From: Pseudomonas aeruginosa PAO1
GTDB lineage: Bacteria; Pseudomonadota; Gammaproteobacteria; Pseudomonadales; Pseudomonadaceae
Length of the DNA stretch: 64,000 nucleotides
Assembly (NCBI RefSeq): GCF_000006765.1
Contig: NC_002516.2
Direction: 5' to 3' (one strand)
Shown here piece by piece: positions 34,488 through 49,167 of this stretch. A program made the translations under genes and the position numbers. The notes under the pieces were generated by a model. That model saw only the letters and a program-made list of their open reading frames with translations. It did not search any database and was not told the DNA's origin. Within the stretch, counting starts at the first letter, position 1. Each line of letters starts with the position of its first letter.

Positions 34488-35843
34488 TCACTCGGCCAGC
34501 GCCGCGGCCAGCTTGCCGTGCAAGCCGCCGAAGCCGCCGTTGCTCATGATCACCACTTGCGCGCCGGGCCTGGCCTGCTGGCGCACCTGCTCGATGATCG
34601 CCTCCAGGGTATCGCAGACCTGCGACGGTATCGCGCATTGTGCGGCGGTGGCGGCCAGGTCCCAGCCCAGGTTCGGCGGCGCGTACCAGAGCACCTGGTC
34701 GGCCTGGCGCACGCTGTCCGGCAGGCCGTCGCGATGAGCGCCGAGCTTCATCGAGTTGGAACGCGGCTCGACGATGGCGATCACCTGGGTATCGGCGCCA
34801 ACCTGCTTGCGCAGGCCGTCGAGGGTGGTGGCGATGGCGGTCGGATGGTGGGCGAAGTCGTCGTAGAGGGTCACGCCCCGGACCTCCGCGACCTTCTCCA
34901 TGCGCCGCTTGACGTTGCGGAACTCGCTGAGCGCCGCCGCGCCCTGGCTGGGCATCACGCCGACATGGCGCGCCGCCGCCAGGCTGGCGAGGGCGTTGGC
35001 GACGTTGTGCAGGCCGGTCAGCGGCCAGTCCACCTCGCCCTGGACGATGCCGTCGAACAGCACCTCGAAGCGCGAGCCGTCCTCGGCGAGCAGGCGCGCC
35101 TGCCACTGGCCGCCTTCGCCGGTGGTCTGCACCGGGGTCCAGCAGCCCATCCCGAGTACGCGCTCCAGGGCTTTCTCGGCGCTCGGGCGAATGATCAGGC
35201 CCTCGCCCGGCACGGTGCGCACCAGATGGTGGAACTGCCGCTCGATGGCCGCGAGGTCGGGGAAGATATCCGCGTGGTCGAATTCCAGGTTGTTCAGGAT
35301 CGCCGTGCGCGGGCGGTAATGGACGAACTTCGAGCGCTTGTCGAAGAAGGCGCTGTCGTACTCGTCGGCCTCGACCACGAAGAACGGCGTACCGCCCAGG
35401 CGCGCCGAAACCCCGAAGTTCTGCGGCACCCCGCCGATCAGGAAGCCCGGGCTCATGCCGGCGTGCTCCAGGACCCAGGCGAGCATGCTGGTGGTGGTGG
35501 TCTTGCCGTGGGTACCGGCCACCGCCAGCACCCAGCGTCCTTGCAGCACGTGGTCGGCCAGCCACTGCGGGCCGGAAACGTAGGGCAGGCCCTTGTTCAG
35601 GACATGCTCCACCGCCGGATTGCCGCGCGACAGGGCGTTGCCGATCACTACCAGGTCCGGCGCCGGCTCCAGGTGGGCCGGATCGTAGCCCTGCATCAAC
35701 TCGATGCCCTGGGCTTGCAGCTGGGTGCTCATGGGGGGGTAGACGTTGGCGTCGGAACCGGTCACCCGGTGGCCCAGTTCCTTGGCCAGCACGGCCAGCG
35801 AGCCCATGAAGGTCCCGCAGATGCCGAGTACGTGGATGTGCAT
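34488..35843 (-). CDS. mpl: Murein peptide ligase
   Basis: HIHVLGICGTFMG, GTHGKTTT, EADEYD and DDFAHHP motifs. Confidence 0.96.
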   Translation of the reverse strand: MHIHVLGICGTFMGSLAVLAKELGHRVTGSDANVYPPMSTQLQAQGIELMQGYDPAHLEPAPDLVVIGNALSRGNPAVEHVLNKGLPYVSGPQWLADHVLQGRWVLAVAGTHGKTTTTSMLAWVLEHAGMSPGFLIGGVPQNFGVSARLGGTPFFVVEADEYDSAFFDKRSKFVHYRPRTAILNNLEFDHADIFPDLAAIERQFHHLVRTVPGEGLIIRPSAEKALERVLGMGCWTPVQTTGEGGQWQARLLAEDGSRFEVLFDGIVQGEVDWPLTGLHNVANALASLAAARHVGVMPSQGAAALSEFRNVKRRMEKVAEVRGVTLYDDFAHHPTAIATTLDGLRKQVGADTQVIAIVEPRSNSMKLGAHRDGLPDSVRQADQVLWYAPPNLGWDLAATAAQCAIPSQVCDTLEAIIEQVRQQARPGAQVVIMSNGGFGGLHGKLAAALAE

Positions 35844-36000
35844 GCAGACTCCTGCAGATCAAGCCGTCGAAGGCGCTGTGAATGGGCGGCAGATTAGCAC
35901 AGCGGAGGCGCCGGCCGCCCGGCGTCGCGGCATCAGACGACGCGGCGTCGGCGGGGTTCCCGCCGGCCTCGCGGCGGCCCGCCTGGAGCCGTCCCGCCCG

Positions 36001-37932
<1,932 letters not shown>

Positions 37933-38188
37933 TGTTATGGTTCTCCGCGAGGGACGGGCCGTCTCTTGCCTGGGCGCGGTGGATCGGTCCGCGACTCTCC
38001 GGACGGCTATCGGTGCAGCATCCAACAGGCCGGGGCGCAATGCAACGACGGACTGACCGATGAGTCATGCGCTGCGCCGAAAACGGTACAGAGTGTCACT
38101 CACGAGCGTCCCGCCCGCGTGACAGGGAGCGTTCGCAAGCTCCCCTGCGAAACCTCCAGGACGCTCTACTCCGGGCCTTTCGCCACTC

Positions 38189-38204
38189 TGGCCCGGCCCT
38201 TGCT
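38189..38204 (+). promoter_or_regulatory. Sigma54 -24/-12 promoter of the aldehyde dehydrogenase gene
   Basis: TGGCCCGGCCCTTGCT, GG-N10-GC. Confidence 0.7.
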
Positions 38205-38270
38205 CCAGGCTTACGACAAGCGCGACAGCGCGTCCTCCCCTAATAAGCACAAGAGCCAGGAGATACCATC

Positions 38271-39791
<1,521 letters not shown>

Positions 39792-39808
39792 TAGGACCCC
39801 GGACCGGC

Positions 39809-39837
39809 CGCGACCGCTCTTTCCCGGAGCGGTCGCG
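39809..39837. terminator. Stem-loop after the aldehyde dehydrogenase gene
   Basis: CGCGACCGCTC-N7-GAGCGGTCGCG 11-bp stem with no U-tract. Confidence 0.45.
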
Positions 39838-39913
39838 CCGGCTCGTGAAACACGCCGCCGAGGCTGACGGCGGCGCCCCTTCCACCTCCTCGCCAGGCCG
39901 ATTGCAGAGCGGC

Positions 39914-39929
39914 TGGCATAGCTATTGCC
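39914..39929 (+). promoter_or_regulatory. Sigma54 -24/-12 promoter of eat-eutBC
   Basis: TGGCATAGCTATTGCC, close to consensus TGGCAC-N5-TTGC. Confidence 0.8.
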
Positions 39930-40000
39930 TGCGTTCACCACGTACAGCACACCACCGGGAAAACCGGGGTCGATAACAACAAGATTGAGGTGAAAAACCC

Positions 40001-41449
40001 ATGTCCCTCGAACAAACCGGCCATGCGCCCGCAACTTCCGGGATCGACTTCGAAAGCGTCGACGCCGACTACTTCCAACACCGTCAACTGAAGAAAGGCG
40101 CCGCCGGCTGGGTCCTGCTGGTCGGGCTCGGCGTCGCCTACGTGATCTCCGGCGACTACGCCGGCTGGAACTTCGGCCTGGCCCAGGGCGGCTGGGGCGG
40201 GATGTTCCTCGCCACCCTGCTGATGGCCACCATGTACCTGTGCATGTGCTTCTCGCTCGCCGAGCTGTCTTCGATGATCCCTACCGCCGGCGGCGGCTAC
40301 GGCTTCGCCCGCAGCGCCTTCGGGCCCTGGGGCGGCTTCCTCACCGGCACCGCGATCCTCATCGAATACGCCATCGCCCCGGCGGCCATCGCCTGCTTCA
40401 TCGGCGCCTACTGCGAGTCGCTGTTCGGCGTCGGCGGCTGGCTGATCTACCTGGTGTTCTACATCGTATTCATCGGCATCCACATCCTCGGCGCCGGCGA
40501 GGCGCTGAAGCTGATGTTCGTCATCACCGCGGTGGCGGCCATCGCCCTCGGCGTGTTCATTGTCGCGATGGTTCCGCACTTCGACTCGGCCAACCTGTTC
40601 AACATCCCGCAGACCGCGGCGACCGGCGCCAGCAGCTTCCTGCCGTTCGGCTATGTCGGGGTCTGGGCGGCGATCCCCTACGCGATCTGGTTCTTCCTCG
40701 CCGTCGAAGGCGTGCCGCTGGCCGCCGAGGAAACCAAGAACCCCAAGCGCGACCTGCCGCGCGGACTGATCGGCGCCATGTTGGTGCTTCTCGCCTTCGC
40801 CGCACTGATTCTGGTCGTCGGTCCCGGGGCCGCCGGAGCCAAGGAGCTGATGGGCTCGGGCAATCCCCTGGTGGAAGCGCTGGAGTCGGCCTACAAGGGT
40901 TCGACCTGGATGAGCCAGTTCGTCAACCTGGTCGGCCTGGCCGGGCTGATCGCCAGCTTCTTCTCGATCATCTATGCCTACTCGCGGCAGATCTTCGCCC
41001 TCTCCCGCGCCGGCTACCTGCCGCGCAGCCTCTCGCTGACCAACCGCAAGAAGGCGCCGGTACTGGCCCTGGTGGTGCCGGGGGTGATCGGCTTCGGCCT
41101 GTCGCTGACCGGCCAGGGCGACCTGCTGATCCTGGTCGCGGTGTTCGGCGCGACCATCTCCTACGTGCTGATGATGGCCGCGCACATCACCCTGCGCATC
41201 CGCCGCCCGGACATGCAGCGCCCCTACCGCACCCCTGGCGGCATCCTCACCTCCGGCGTAGCCCTGGCGCTGGCCTGCGTCGCGGTGGTCGCCGGCTTCC
41301 TGGTCGACCCGCGGGTCGTGGTCGGCGCGGTGGCGATCTACGCTGTACTGATCGGCTACTTCGCCCTGTACAGTCGGCATCACCTGGTGTCCGGCACCCC
41401 GGAAGAAGAGTTCGCCGCGATCCAGGCGGCGGAACAGGACCTGCGCTGA
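40001..41449 (+). CDS. eat: Ethanolamine permease (APC family)
   Basis: GVAYVISGDYAGWNFG and WFFLAVEGVPLAAEE motifs; upstream of eutBC. Confidence 0.92.
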   Translation: MSLEQTGHAPATSGIDFESVDADYFQHRQLKKGAAGWVLLVGLGVAYVISGDYAGWNFGLAQGGWGGMFLATLLMATMYLCMCFSLAELSSMIPTAGGGYGFARSAFGPWGGFLTGTAILIEYAIAPAAIACFIGAYCESLFGVGGWLIYLVFYIVFIGIHILGAGEALKLMFVITAVAAIALGVFIVAMVPHFDSANLFNIPQTAATGASSFLPFGYVGVWAAIPYAIWFFLAVEGVPLAAEETKNPKRDLPRGLIGAMLVLLAFAALILVVGPGAAGAKELMGSGNPLVEALESAYKGSTWMSQFVNLVGLAGLIASFFSIIYAYSRQIFALSRAGYLPRSLSLTNRKKAPVLALVVPGVIGFGLSLTGQGDLLILVAVFGATISYVLMMAAHITLRIRRPDMQRPYRTPGGILTSGVALALACVAVVAGFLVDPRVVVGAVAIYAVLIGYFALYSRHHLVSGTPEEEFAAIQAAEQDLR

Positions 41450-41507
41450 GAGCGACAACGACAAAGCCCGGCCCGCCGCATGGCGAGGCCGGGCACTGGA
41501 GACACAC

Positions 41508-42902
41508 ATGGCACGTTTCACCCATAGCGTCGGCGGCGAAACCTACCGCTTCGACAGCCTCAAGGACGTGATGGCCAAGGCCAGCCCCGCGCGCTCCGGC
41601 GATTTCCTCGCCGGCGTCGCGGCGAGCAACGACGGCGAGCGGGTCGCCGCGCAGATGGCCCTGGCCGACATCCCGCTCAAACACTTCCTCGACGAGGCGC
41701 TGATTCCCTACGAGGACGACGAGGTCACCCGCCTGATCATCGACACCCACCAGCGCGACGCCTTCGCCCCGGTGTCCCATCTCACCGTCGGCGGCTTCCG
41801 CGACTGGCTGCTCGGCGACGCCGCCGACGAGGCCAGCCTGCGCGCCCTGGCTCCGGGCCTGACGCCGGAAATGGCAGCGGCGGTATCGAAGATCATGCGT
41901 GTCCAGGATCTGGTCCTGGTGGCGCAGAAGATCCGCGTGGTCACCCGCTTCCGCAACACCCTCGGCCTTCGCGGCCGGCTCTCCACCCGCCTGCAACCGA
42001 ACCACCCGACCGACGACCCGGCCGGAATCGCCGCGAGCATCCTCGACGGCCTGCTGTTCGGCAATGGCGACGCGATGCTCGGGATCAATCCTGCCACCGA
42101 CAGCATGGCCTCGATCTGCGCCCTGCTGGAGATGCTCGACGCGATCATCCAGCGCTACGAGATTCCTACCCAGGCCTGCGTGCTGACCCACGTCACCAGC
42201 TCCATCGAGGCGATCAACCGCGGCGTGCCGCTGGACCTGGTGTTCCAGTCGATCGCCGGCACCGAGGCGGCCAATGCCAGCTTCGGCATCAGCCTGAAGA
42301 TCCTCCAGGAAGGCTACGAGGCCGGGCTCAGCCAGAAGCGCGGCACCCTAGGCAACAACCTGATGTACTTCGAGACCGGCCAGGGCAGCGCGCTCTCGGC
42401 CAACGCCCACCACGGCGTCGACCAGCAGACCTGCGAGACCCGCGCCTATGCGGTGGCTCGTCACTTCAAGCCGTTCCTGGTGAACACCGTGGTCGGCTTC
42501 ATCGGTCCCGAGTACCTGTACAACGGCAAGCAGATCATCCGCGCCGGCCTGGAAGACCACTTCTGCGGCAAGCTGCTCGGCGTGCCGATGGGTTGCGACA
42601 TCTGCTACACCAACCATGCCGAGGCCGACCAGGACGACATGGACATGCTCCTGACCCTGCTGGGCGTCGCCGGGATCAACTTCATCATGGGCATTCCCGG
42701 CTCCGACGACGTGATGCTCAACTACCAGACCACCTCCTTCCACGACGCCCTCTATGCGCGCCAGACGCTGGGCCTGAAGCCGGCGCCGGAATTCGAGGAC
42801 TGGTTGCAGCGGATGGGAATCTTCACCCAGGCCGACGGGCGCATCCGCTTCGGTGACGAGTTACCGCCGGCGTTCCGCCAGGCCCTGGCGCAACTGGCCT
42901 GA
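41508..42902 (+). CDS. eutB: Ethanolamine ammonia-lyase large subunit
   Basis: [32 protein letters not shown] and GCDICYTNH motifs. Confidence 0.97.
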   Translation: MARFTHSVGGETYRFDSLKDVMAKASPARSGDFLAGVAASNDGERVAAQMALADIPLKHFLDEALIPYEDDEVTRLIIDTHQRDAFAPVSHLTVGGFRDWLLGDAADEASLRALAPGLTPEMAAAVSKIMRVQDLVLVAQKIRVVTRFRNTLGLRGRLSTRLQPNHPTDDPAGIAASILDGLLFGNGDAMLGINPATDSMASICALLEMLDAIIQRYEIPTQACVLTHVTSSIEAINRGVPLDLVFQSIAGTEAANASFGISLKILQEGYEAGLSQKRGTLGNNLMYFETGQGSALSANAHHGVDQQTCETRAYAVARHFKPFLVNTVVGFIGPEYLYNGKQIIRAGLEDHFCGKLLGVPMGCDICYTNHAEADQDDMDMLLTLLGVAGINFIMGIPGSDDVMLNYQTTSFHDALYARQTLGLKPAPEFEDWLQRMGIFTQADGRIRFGDELPPAFRQALAQLA

Positions 42903-42912
42903 GGAGATGCCG

Positions 42913-43734
42913 ATGAACGACAAGCACCTGCCCGACGCCAGCGCCGAGAACCCCTGGCTGCCGCTGCGCCAGCTGACCCCCGCGCGGATCGCCCTGGGCC
43001 GCACCGGCACCAGCCTGCCGACCCGCCCGCAACTGGACTTCCAGTACGCCCACGCCCAGGCGCGCGACGCCGTGCACCTGCCCTTCGACCATGCGGCCAT
43101 CAGCGACGGCCTGCGCCAGCGCGGCCGCGACAGCCTGCTGCTGCACAGCGCCGCCGCCGACCGCCACGTCTACCTGCAACGCCCGGACCTCGGCCGGCGC
43201 CTCGACGAGGCCTCGGTGCAACGCCTGCGCGAACACGCCGCCGGCTACGACGGGCAGATCGACCTGGCCATCGTGGTCGCCGACGGCCTCTCCGCGCTGG
43301 CCGTGCAGCGTCACACCCTGCCCTTCCTCGAACGCCTGGAGGAACAGGCGCTGGCCGAAGGCTGGTCGCTGTCGCCGGTGGTCCTGGTGGAACAGGGACG
43401 GGTGGCGGTGGCCGACGAGATCGGTGAATTGCTGCGGGCGAAGATGAGCGTGATCCTGATCGGCGAGCGTCCCGGCCTCAGCTCTCCGGACAGCCTCGGC
43501 CTGTACTTCACCTGGGCCCCGCGGGTCGGCCTCACCGACGCCTATCGCAACTGCATCTCCAACGTCCGCCTGGAAGGCCTCAGCTACGGCATGGCCGCGC
43601 ACCGCCTGCTCTACCTGATGCGCGAGGCCTGCCGGCGGCAGCTTTCCGGGGTCAACCTGAAGGACGAGGCGGAGGTCCAGGCGCTGGACGGCGAGGCTCC
43701 GCGCACCGGCAACTTCCTCCTGGCGAGGGACTGA
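42913..43734 (+). CDS. eutC: Ethanolamine ammonia-lyase small subunit
   Basis: [33 protein letters not shown] and RNCISN motifs. Confidence 0.96.
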   Translation: MNDKHLPDASAENPWLPLRQLTPARIALGRTGTSLPTRPQLDFQYAHAQARDAVHLPFDHAAISDGLRQRGRDSLLLHSAAADRHVYLQRPDLGRRLDEASVQRLREHAAGYDGQIDLAIVVADGLSALAVQRHTLPFLERLEEQALAEGWSLSPVVLVEQGRVAVADEIGELLRAKMSVILIGERPGLSSPDSLGLYFTWAPRVGLTDAYRNCISNVRLEGLSYGMAAHRLLYLMREACRRQLSGVNLKDEAEVQALDGEAPRTGNFLLARD

Positions 43735-43842
43735 GCCTCCCGGCCGAAGGATGGGCCGGCGCGCGACGCCCCTCCTTCGACCGATTCAAACGTTCGCTTG
43801 GATTGCGCTTTCCAGGGAGATTGGGCAGCATCGAAGCGTTGC

Positions 43843-43858
43843 TGGCATGCAGCCTGCA
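43843..43858 (+). promoter_or_regulatory. Sigma54-like -24/-12 element upstream of the GNAT gene
   Basis: TGGCATGCAGCCTGCA, GG-N10-GC, about 40 bp before the ATG. Confidence 0.55.
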
Positions 43859-43896
43859 TCGTCCCGGCAGCCCCTTCCCGCAATGCGAGGCCCGTC

Positions 43897-44358
43897 ATGC
43901 GAATCGTGCAAGCCACCCTCGAACACCTCGACCTGCTGGCGCCGCTGTTCGTCAAGTACCGCGAATTCTACGGCATGCTCTCCTACCCCGAGTCCTCGCG
44001 GAAATTCCTCGAGAAACGCCTGCGCCGCAAGGAGTCGGTGATCTACCTGGCGCTGGCCGACGAAGAAGACCGCCTGCTCGGTTTCTGCCAGCTCTATCCG
44101 AGCTTCTCCTCGCTGTCGCTCAAGCGCGTCTGGATCCTCAACGACATCTACGTCGCCGAGGAGGCGCGCCGGCAACTGGTCGCCGACCACCTGCTGCAAC
44201 ACGCCAAGCAGATGGCCCGGGAAACCCATGCGGTGCGCATGCGTGTCTCCACCAGCGTCGACAACGAGGTAGCGCAGAAAGTCTACGAGTCGATCGGCTT
44301 CCGCGAAGACCAGGAGTTCAAGAACTACACCCTGCCGATCAGCGACGAACTAAGCTGA
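43897..44358 (+). CDS. GNAT-family N-acetyltransferase
   Basis: GFCQLYPSFSS, WILNDIYV...RR and N..AQKVYES.GF motifs. Confidence 0.9.
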   Translation: MRIVQATLEHLDLLAPLFVKYREFYGMLSYPESSRKFLEKRLRRKESVIYLALADEEDRLLGFCQLYPSFSSLSLKRVWILNDIYVAEEARRQLVADHLLQHAKQMARETHAVRMRVSTSVDNEVAQKVYESIGFREDQEFKNYTLPISDELS

Positions 44359-44407
44359 AGACAAAGGCACGGCACTTCCCAACCGATCGCTCAGAGCAGA
44401 GGCATCC

Positions 44408-45301
44408 ATGGGTTCGCGCACCTGGCACTGGCCCGGCGTCCTGCTCGGCCTGCTCCTCGCCACGGCCGGCGCGCAGGCCGACACCCTGCGCGTGGCGACC
44501 CTCGACTGGGCGCCCTACGTCGGCCCCGACCTGCCGGGCAAGGGCCTCGCCAGCCGCATCCTCGACGAAGCCCTGGCCCTCGACGGGCACCGCGCCGAAC
44601 TGGTGTTCCTGCCCTGGCAACGTGCCCTGAAAGAAGCCGCCGAGGGGCGCTTCGACGCTCTCATGCCGGCCTACCTGTCGCCCGAGCGGCGCGAACTGTT
44701 CCACGCCACCATCCCCCTGCTCGACTCGCAACTGGGCTTCTTCCGCCAGCGCGAGCGCCTGCTGCCGGTCAATCCCGCGCATCTGGAAAGCCTGCGTCCG
44801 TACCGCATCGGCGTGGTCCGCGGCTACGTCAACCGGGAGGATTTCGACGCCGACCGCAGCCTGACCAAGGACGCGGTGACCAACGACTGGCAGAACCTCG
44901 AGAAGCTCCTGCGCGGGCGTATCGACCTGGCCGTGGTCGATCGCTACACCGGCTACCACCTGCTGGCGCGCAACGTGCCGGCGCTGAAGGATCGCCTGGT
45001 GTTCATCGAACCGCCGCTGGAGGTCAAGCCGCTCTATGTACTGGTGCCGAAAAGACACGCCCGCGGCGCCGCCCTTGCCGCCAGCCTCGACCGCAACCTG
45101 CGCCTGATGCGTCGCAGCGGCCGGCTGGAACAACTGATCGCCGAAGCACACCTCGAACGCAGCGGGCAGACCCGCACGCTGGCCGTCGATCCGTTAACCG
45201 GCCAGGCCGACCAGCAGCGCAGCCCCGGCCAGGAGCAGGACCAGGGCCAGCACGCCCCGTTGCAACCGGCGTGGCGCGAAGACCCGCTGGGGATGCGCTA
45301 G
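44408..45301 (+). CDS. Periplasmic solute-binding protein (family 3-like)
   Basis: Signal peptide; WAPY, PWQRAL, GVVRGYVN and KLLRGRID motifs; its 3' end overlaps the convergent gene. Confidence 0.8.
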   Translation: MGSRTWHWPGVLLGLLLATAGAQADTLRVATLDWAPYVGPDLPGKGLASRILDEALALDGHRAELVFLPWQRALKEAAEGRFDALMPAYLSPERRELFHATIPLLDSQLGFFRQRERLLPVNPAHLESLRPYRIGVVRGYVNREDFDADRSLTKDAVTNDWQNLEKLLRGRIDLAVVDRYTGYHLLARNVPALKDRLVFIEPPLEVKPLYVLVPKRHARGAALAASLDRNLRLMRRSGRLEQLIAEAHLERSGQTRTLAVDPLTGQADQQRSPGQEQDQGQHAPLQPAWREDPLGMR

Positions 45302-46777
45302 CGGCTTCTGCAAGGCCAGCCAGAATTCCGACAACGCTTCGAAGCGCCCCTCCGGACGCGGCGCCAGGGCCCGCGCCAATACCCCATCCCAGCCGACCGG
45401 CAGGTCCGCCTGACGCTCGCCCAGGGGCTCGTAGCGGCATCCGCCGTCGCTCTCCGGGCAGGCGATCGACGGCCAGCGACCACAGAGCAGCCAATAGAAC
45501 AGCGCCGCCAGGGCGAACTGGTCGGCCCGGCCATCGAGCGCCTCGCCGCGACGCAACTCCGGCGCCAGCGGCACGCTGTCCGCAGGCAGCGCCTGGCGCG
45601 CCACCCCCGGCAGGATCGCCGCCGCCTCGGGGAGGAACAGCAGGCGCCCGCCCTCGTCCAGCAGGATCTGCCGCGGCGCCAGCCACAAGCCCTGTACGCC
45701 GCGCCGCTGCAAGGCGCGAACCGCATCGATAAGTTGCTCCAGGAGGACCAGCGCGCATTGCGGTTCCAGCGGCAGGTGCGCTGGCGCCCAATCCAGCAGG
45801 CTGCGCATCGGCCAGCGCGGCGGAGCGAACAACTGGAAGGCATGACGACGCAACCGGGGCGACGACAATACTCGCGGCAGGCTCTCCGCACGGCAGCGCC
45901 GCAATGCCCATTCGCGCTGCCAGAACGCTTCGTCGGCATCGACCGCCGCGAGCAGCAGCAACGCCTCGCGTCCTTGCTCGTCGCAGGCGCGGAATAGCCG
46001 CCCGGGCGGGCCGAACGCGCAAGCTGCCTGCAAGGTCCAGCCATCCACGCAGTCGCCGGGGCACGCCGCGCCCAGCGCTGGCCAGCCGGTATGCCGTGGC
46101 GCCGCCGGGGCGCGCTCGAGCGCCCCCGGCAAGACCAGCGCCACCGCCCCCGGCGCATGCAGCAACGGCTGCAGCACGCCCTCCAGGCGCCCCGTGGCCA
46201 GCCCCGCACAACGCTCTCCGAGGGCGCGCAGGTCGGCCACTTCGAGCAGCGGCTGGGGCGCCAGCAACAAGGGCTCGCCGGCCACCTGGGTCAGGTTGTG
46301 CTGGACCAGCGCCAGCTCCGCGCTGCTACCCAGCGGCTGGCCGCTCCCTCCCAGGCGCTGCAGGCTGCCCTGGCGATAACGCAGCAGGCCGACGGCGCCG
46401 CACTGGAGAAAGTGCACGCCTCCGGCATGGACCAGCAGCAACCCCGCCGCCAGCTCGAGCACGCCCGGCTCGCCTTCGCGGCGCCGGCGATAGAGCTGCA
46501 TGTTCAGCGAAGCCAGGACCTGCCGCGCCGCCTGCGCTTCCGGCCAACCCTCGGGGGTACAGGCGTAGTCGGCGAACAGGGCGTCGAGATGGCCTTCGAT
46601 GGCCTGCACCACGTTGGCGCAACCGCGTCCCCAGAGCAGCGCCAGGAGAAACGCCGGAGCCCGTCCGGGGCGAGGCGCGAGCCATTCGGCGCGAACCCGC
46701 GCGGCCTGCCCCGGGAGGTCGCGCCCGGCGCCCAGGGCGAGACTGAGCGGTGGCTGGGCAAAAGGCTGGAGTGTCAT
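45194..46777 (-). CDS. Degenerate PP2C-like / Ser-Thr kinase-like membrane protein
   Basis: Kinase C-lobe remnants LAPEL, RADQFALAAL and LARALAPRPEGRF; C-terminal TM helix; start at MTLQ inferred. Confidence 0.7.
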   Translation of the reverse strand: MTLQPFAQPPLSLALGAGRDLPGQAARVRAEWLAPRPGRAPAFLLALLWGRGCANVVQAIEGHLDALFADYACTPEGWPEAQAARQVLASLNMQLYRRRREGEPGVLELAAGLLLVHAGGVHFLQCGAVGLLRYRQGSLQRLGGSGQPLGSSAELALVQHNLTQVAGEPLLLAPQPLLEVADLRALGERCAGLATGRLEGVLQPLLHAPGAVALVLPGALERAPAAPRHTGWPALGAACPGDCVDGWTLQAACAFGPPGRLFRACDEQGREALLLLAAVDADEAFWQREWALRRCRAESLPRVLSSPRLRRHAFQLFAPPRWPMRSLLDWAPAHLPLEPQCALVLLEQLIDAVRALQRRGVQGLWLAPRQILLDEGGRLLFLPEAAAILPGVARQALPADSVPLAPELRRGEALDGRADQFALAALFYWLLCGRWPSIACPESDGGCRYEPLGERQADLPVGWDGVLARALAPRPEGRFEALSEFWLALQKPLAHPQRVFAPRRLQRGVLALVLLLAGAALLVGLAG

Positions 46778-46970
46778 CGCACGCCCTTCCCTGCTAGAAA
46801 TTTCTCCTGTTCTTGCAGACTTTATGCCGACCAATTTCGGAAAAATTACCGAAACATCCTGCAATCAGTGGTTTTGCCGGGATCGCGACAAACAGCCCCC
46901 CACCCATCCGGACGCCCCCCTATAATGGCGGCCCTCTGCCGCTCAACGCGTTGTCTCCGCAGGTTGCTCA

Positions 46971-47636
46971 ATGGACTTCAACCCAATCGATCTGATTCTC
47001 CACCTGGATACCTACCTGGCCATGCTGGTCAGCAACTATGGCGTCTGGATCTACGCCATCCTGTTCCTGGTGATCTTCTGTGAAACCGGCCTGGTGGTGA
47101 CTCCGTTCCTCCCCGGCGACTCGCTGCTGTTCATCGCCGGCGCCATCTGCGCCACCGGCGGCATGGACCCATGGCTGCTCGGCGGGCTGCTGATGGTCGC
47201 GGCGATCACCGGCGACAGCACCAACTACGTGATCGGCCGGACCCTCGGCAAGCGGCTGTTCAGCAACCCCGACTCGAAGGTATTCCGCCGCGACTACCTC
47301 GACCGCACCCATGAGTTCTACGAACGCCACGGCGGCAAGACCGTGACCCTGGCGCGCTTCCTGCCCATCGTGCGGACCTTCGCGCCCTTCGTCGCCGGCA
47401 TGGCGAAGATGCACTACCCGCGCTTCGTCATGTTCAGCGTGGTGGGCACCGTGGCCTGGGTCGGCGGCCTGGTGACCCTGGGCTACTTCTTCGGCAACGT
47501 GCCGTTCATCAAGAAGAACCTGTCGCTGCTGGTGATCGGCATCATCCTGCTGTCGCTGCTGCCGATGATCCTCGGCTTCATTCGCCATCGCCTGCAGGCG
47601 AGCGCCGCCAAACAGGCCAAGGCCCAGAGCGACTGA
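46971..47636 (+). CDS. dedA: DedA family protein
   Basis: [19 protein letters not shown] and [13 protein letters not shown] motifs. Confidence 0.93.
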   Translation: MDFNPIDLILHLDTYLAMLVSNYGVWIYAILFLVIFCETGLVVTPFLPGDSLLFIAGAICATGGMDPWLLGGLLMVAAITGDSTNYVIGRTLGKRLFSNPDSKVFRRDYLDRTHEFYERHGGKTVTLARFLPIVRTFAPFVAGMAKMHYPRFVMFSVVGTVAWVGGLVTLGYFFGNVPFIKKNLSLLVIGIILLSLLPMILGFIRHRLQASAAKQAKAQSD

Positions 47637-47638
47637 GC

Positions 47639-48469
47639 ATGTGGTCGTTCCGCGCCTGGCGGCGCCGGCGCCTGCTGGCACGCCACCCGGTGGCCGAAGA
47701 GCTCTGGCAGCGGGTACGCCGGCACCTGCCGATCCTCGACGGCCTGGACGCCGACGAGGACCGCCGCCTGCGCGAGCGGGCCGTGCTGTTTCTCGCCGAC
47801 AAGCACCTGACCGCACTCGCCGGCGTCGATCTCGACGACTTCGGCCGCCTGCTGCTGGCGGCGCAGGCGCAACTGCCGCTGTTGCACCTGCCGGAGCTGA
47901 ACTGGTACCAGGGCTTCCACGAACTGGTGCTGTATCCCGACGATTTCGTCAGCCCCCAGAAACACCGCGACGCCAGCGGCGTAGTCCATGAATTCGACGA
48001 CGAACGCAGCGGCGAGACGTCCCTGCAAGGGCCGGTGGTCCTGGCCTGGCCCGGCGTCGTCGGCGGGGGTGGCTGGGATGCCTACAACCTGGTGATCCAC
48101 GAACTGGCGCACAAGCTGGACATGCTCAACGGCGACGCCAACGGCCTGCCGCCGCTGCACGCCGGCATGCGCATCGGCGACTGGGCGAGCGCCATGCAGG
48201 CCGCCTACGACGAGATGAACGCCCTGCTCGACCGCGACCCCGACGCGCAGACCGCCATCGACCCCTATGCGGCGGAAGATCCGGCGGAGTTCTTCGCCGT
48301 TACCAGCGAGTATTTCTTCACCGCCCCGGATCTCCTCCACGAGGCCTATCCGGCGGTATACCGGCAGCTCCAGTTGTTCTACCGCCAGGACCCGCTGCAA
48401 CGCCTGCGCCGCCTGCAGGCCGAGCATCCGGACTACCGCGAGGCGGCGGGCGACACGACTAACGGCTGA
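47639..48469 (+). CDS. MtfA-like zinc peptidase (M90)
   Basis: IHELAHKLD (HEXXH) and [18 protein letters not shown] motifs. Confidence 0.88.
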   Translation: MWSFRAWRRRRLLARHPVAEELWQRVRRHLPILDGLDADEDRRLRERAVLFLADKHLTALAGVDLDDFGRLLLAAQAQLPLLHLPELNWYQGFHELVLYPDDFVSPQKHRDASGVVHEFDDERSGETSLQGPVVLAWPGVVGGGGWDAYNLVIHELAHKLDMLNGDANGLPPLHAGMRIGDWASAMQAAYDEMNALLDRDPDAQTAIDPYAAEDPAEFFAVTSEYFFTAPDLLHEAYPAVYRQLQLFYRQDPLQRLRRLQAEHPDYREAAGDTTNG

Positions 48470-48548
48470 ATGCCGGTACATGGCATCGACAACCGAATAT
48501 GCCTATAATCGCGGCCTCTTTTTTGGCCAGAAACCTCTGGAGTCACCC

Positions 48549-49076
48549 ATGAGCTACAGCAAGATCCCGGCCGGCAAGGACCTGCCGAACGACATCTACG
48601 TCGCTATCGAGATTCCGGCCAACCATGCGCCGATCAAGTACGAGATCGACAAGGACACCGACTGCCTGTTCGTCGACCGTTTCATGGCCACCCCGATGTT
48701 CTACCCGGCCAACTACGGCTTCATCCCGAACACTCTGGCCGACGACGGCGACCCGCTGGACGTGCTGGTGGTGACCCCCTATCCGGTCGCTCCCGGTTCG
48801 GTGATCCGCGCGCGCCCGGTTGGCGTCCTGCACATGACCGACGAGGCAGGCGGCGACGCCAAGCTGATCGCCGTGCCGCACGACAAGCTGAGCGTCCTGT
48901 ACAAGGACGTGAAGGAATACACCGACCTGCCGGCCCTGCTGCTGGAACAGATCAAGCACTTCTTCGAGAACTACAAGGATCTCGAGAAAGGCAAGTGGGT
49001 CAAGGTCGAAGGCTGGGGCAACGCCGACGCCGCCCGCGCCGAGATCACCAAGGCCGTGGCCGCGTTCCAGAAGTAA
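48549..49076 (+). CDS. ppa: Inorganic pyrophosphatase
   Basis: KYEIDK, YP.NYGF, DDGDPLD and DEAGGDAK motifs. Confidence 0.98.
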   Translation: MSYSKIPAGKDLPNDIYVAIEIPANHAPIKYEIDKDTDCLFVDRFMATPMFYPANYGFIPNTLADDGDPLDVLVVTPYPVAPGSVIRARPVGVLHMTDEAGGDAKLIAVPHDKLSVLYKDVKEYTDLPALLLEQIKHFFENYKDLEKGKWVKVEGWGNADAARAEITKAVAAFQK

Positions 49077-49094
49077 GCGCGCCTCGCCGAAAAG

Positions 49095-49119
49095 AAGCCC
49101 CGCAGCCGCGGGGCTTTTT
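49095..49119 (+). terminator. Intrinsic (probably bidirectional) terminator after ppa
   Basis: AAGCCCCGC-agcc-GCGGGGCTT followed by TTT. Confidence 0.85.
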
Positions 49120-49167
49120 CATTCTCCCTCGCCGACCGCCAAGGTCGGTCTCGCCACCCCGCTCCGC

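Noticed and set aside
33850-35862. 670-aa ORF suggesting an mpl-ubiX fusion
   Set aside because: Off-frame overlap with mpl; ubiX has its own ATG at 34479.
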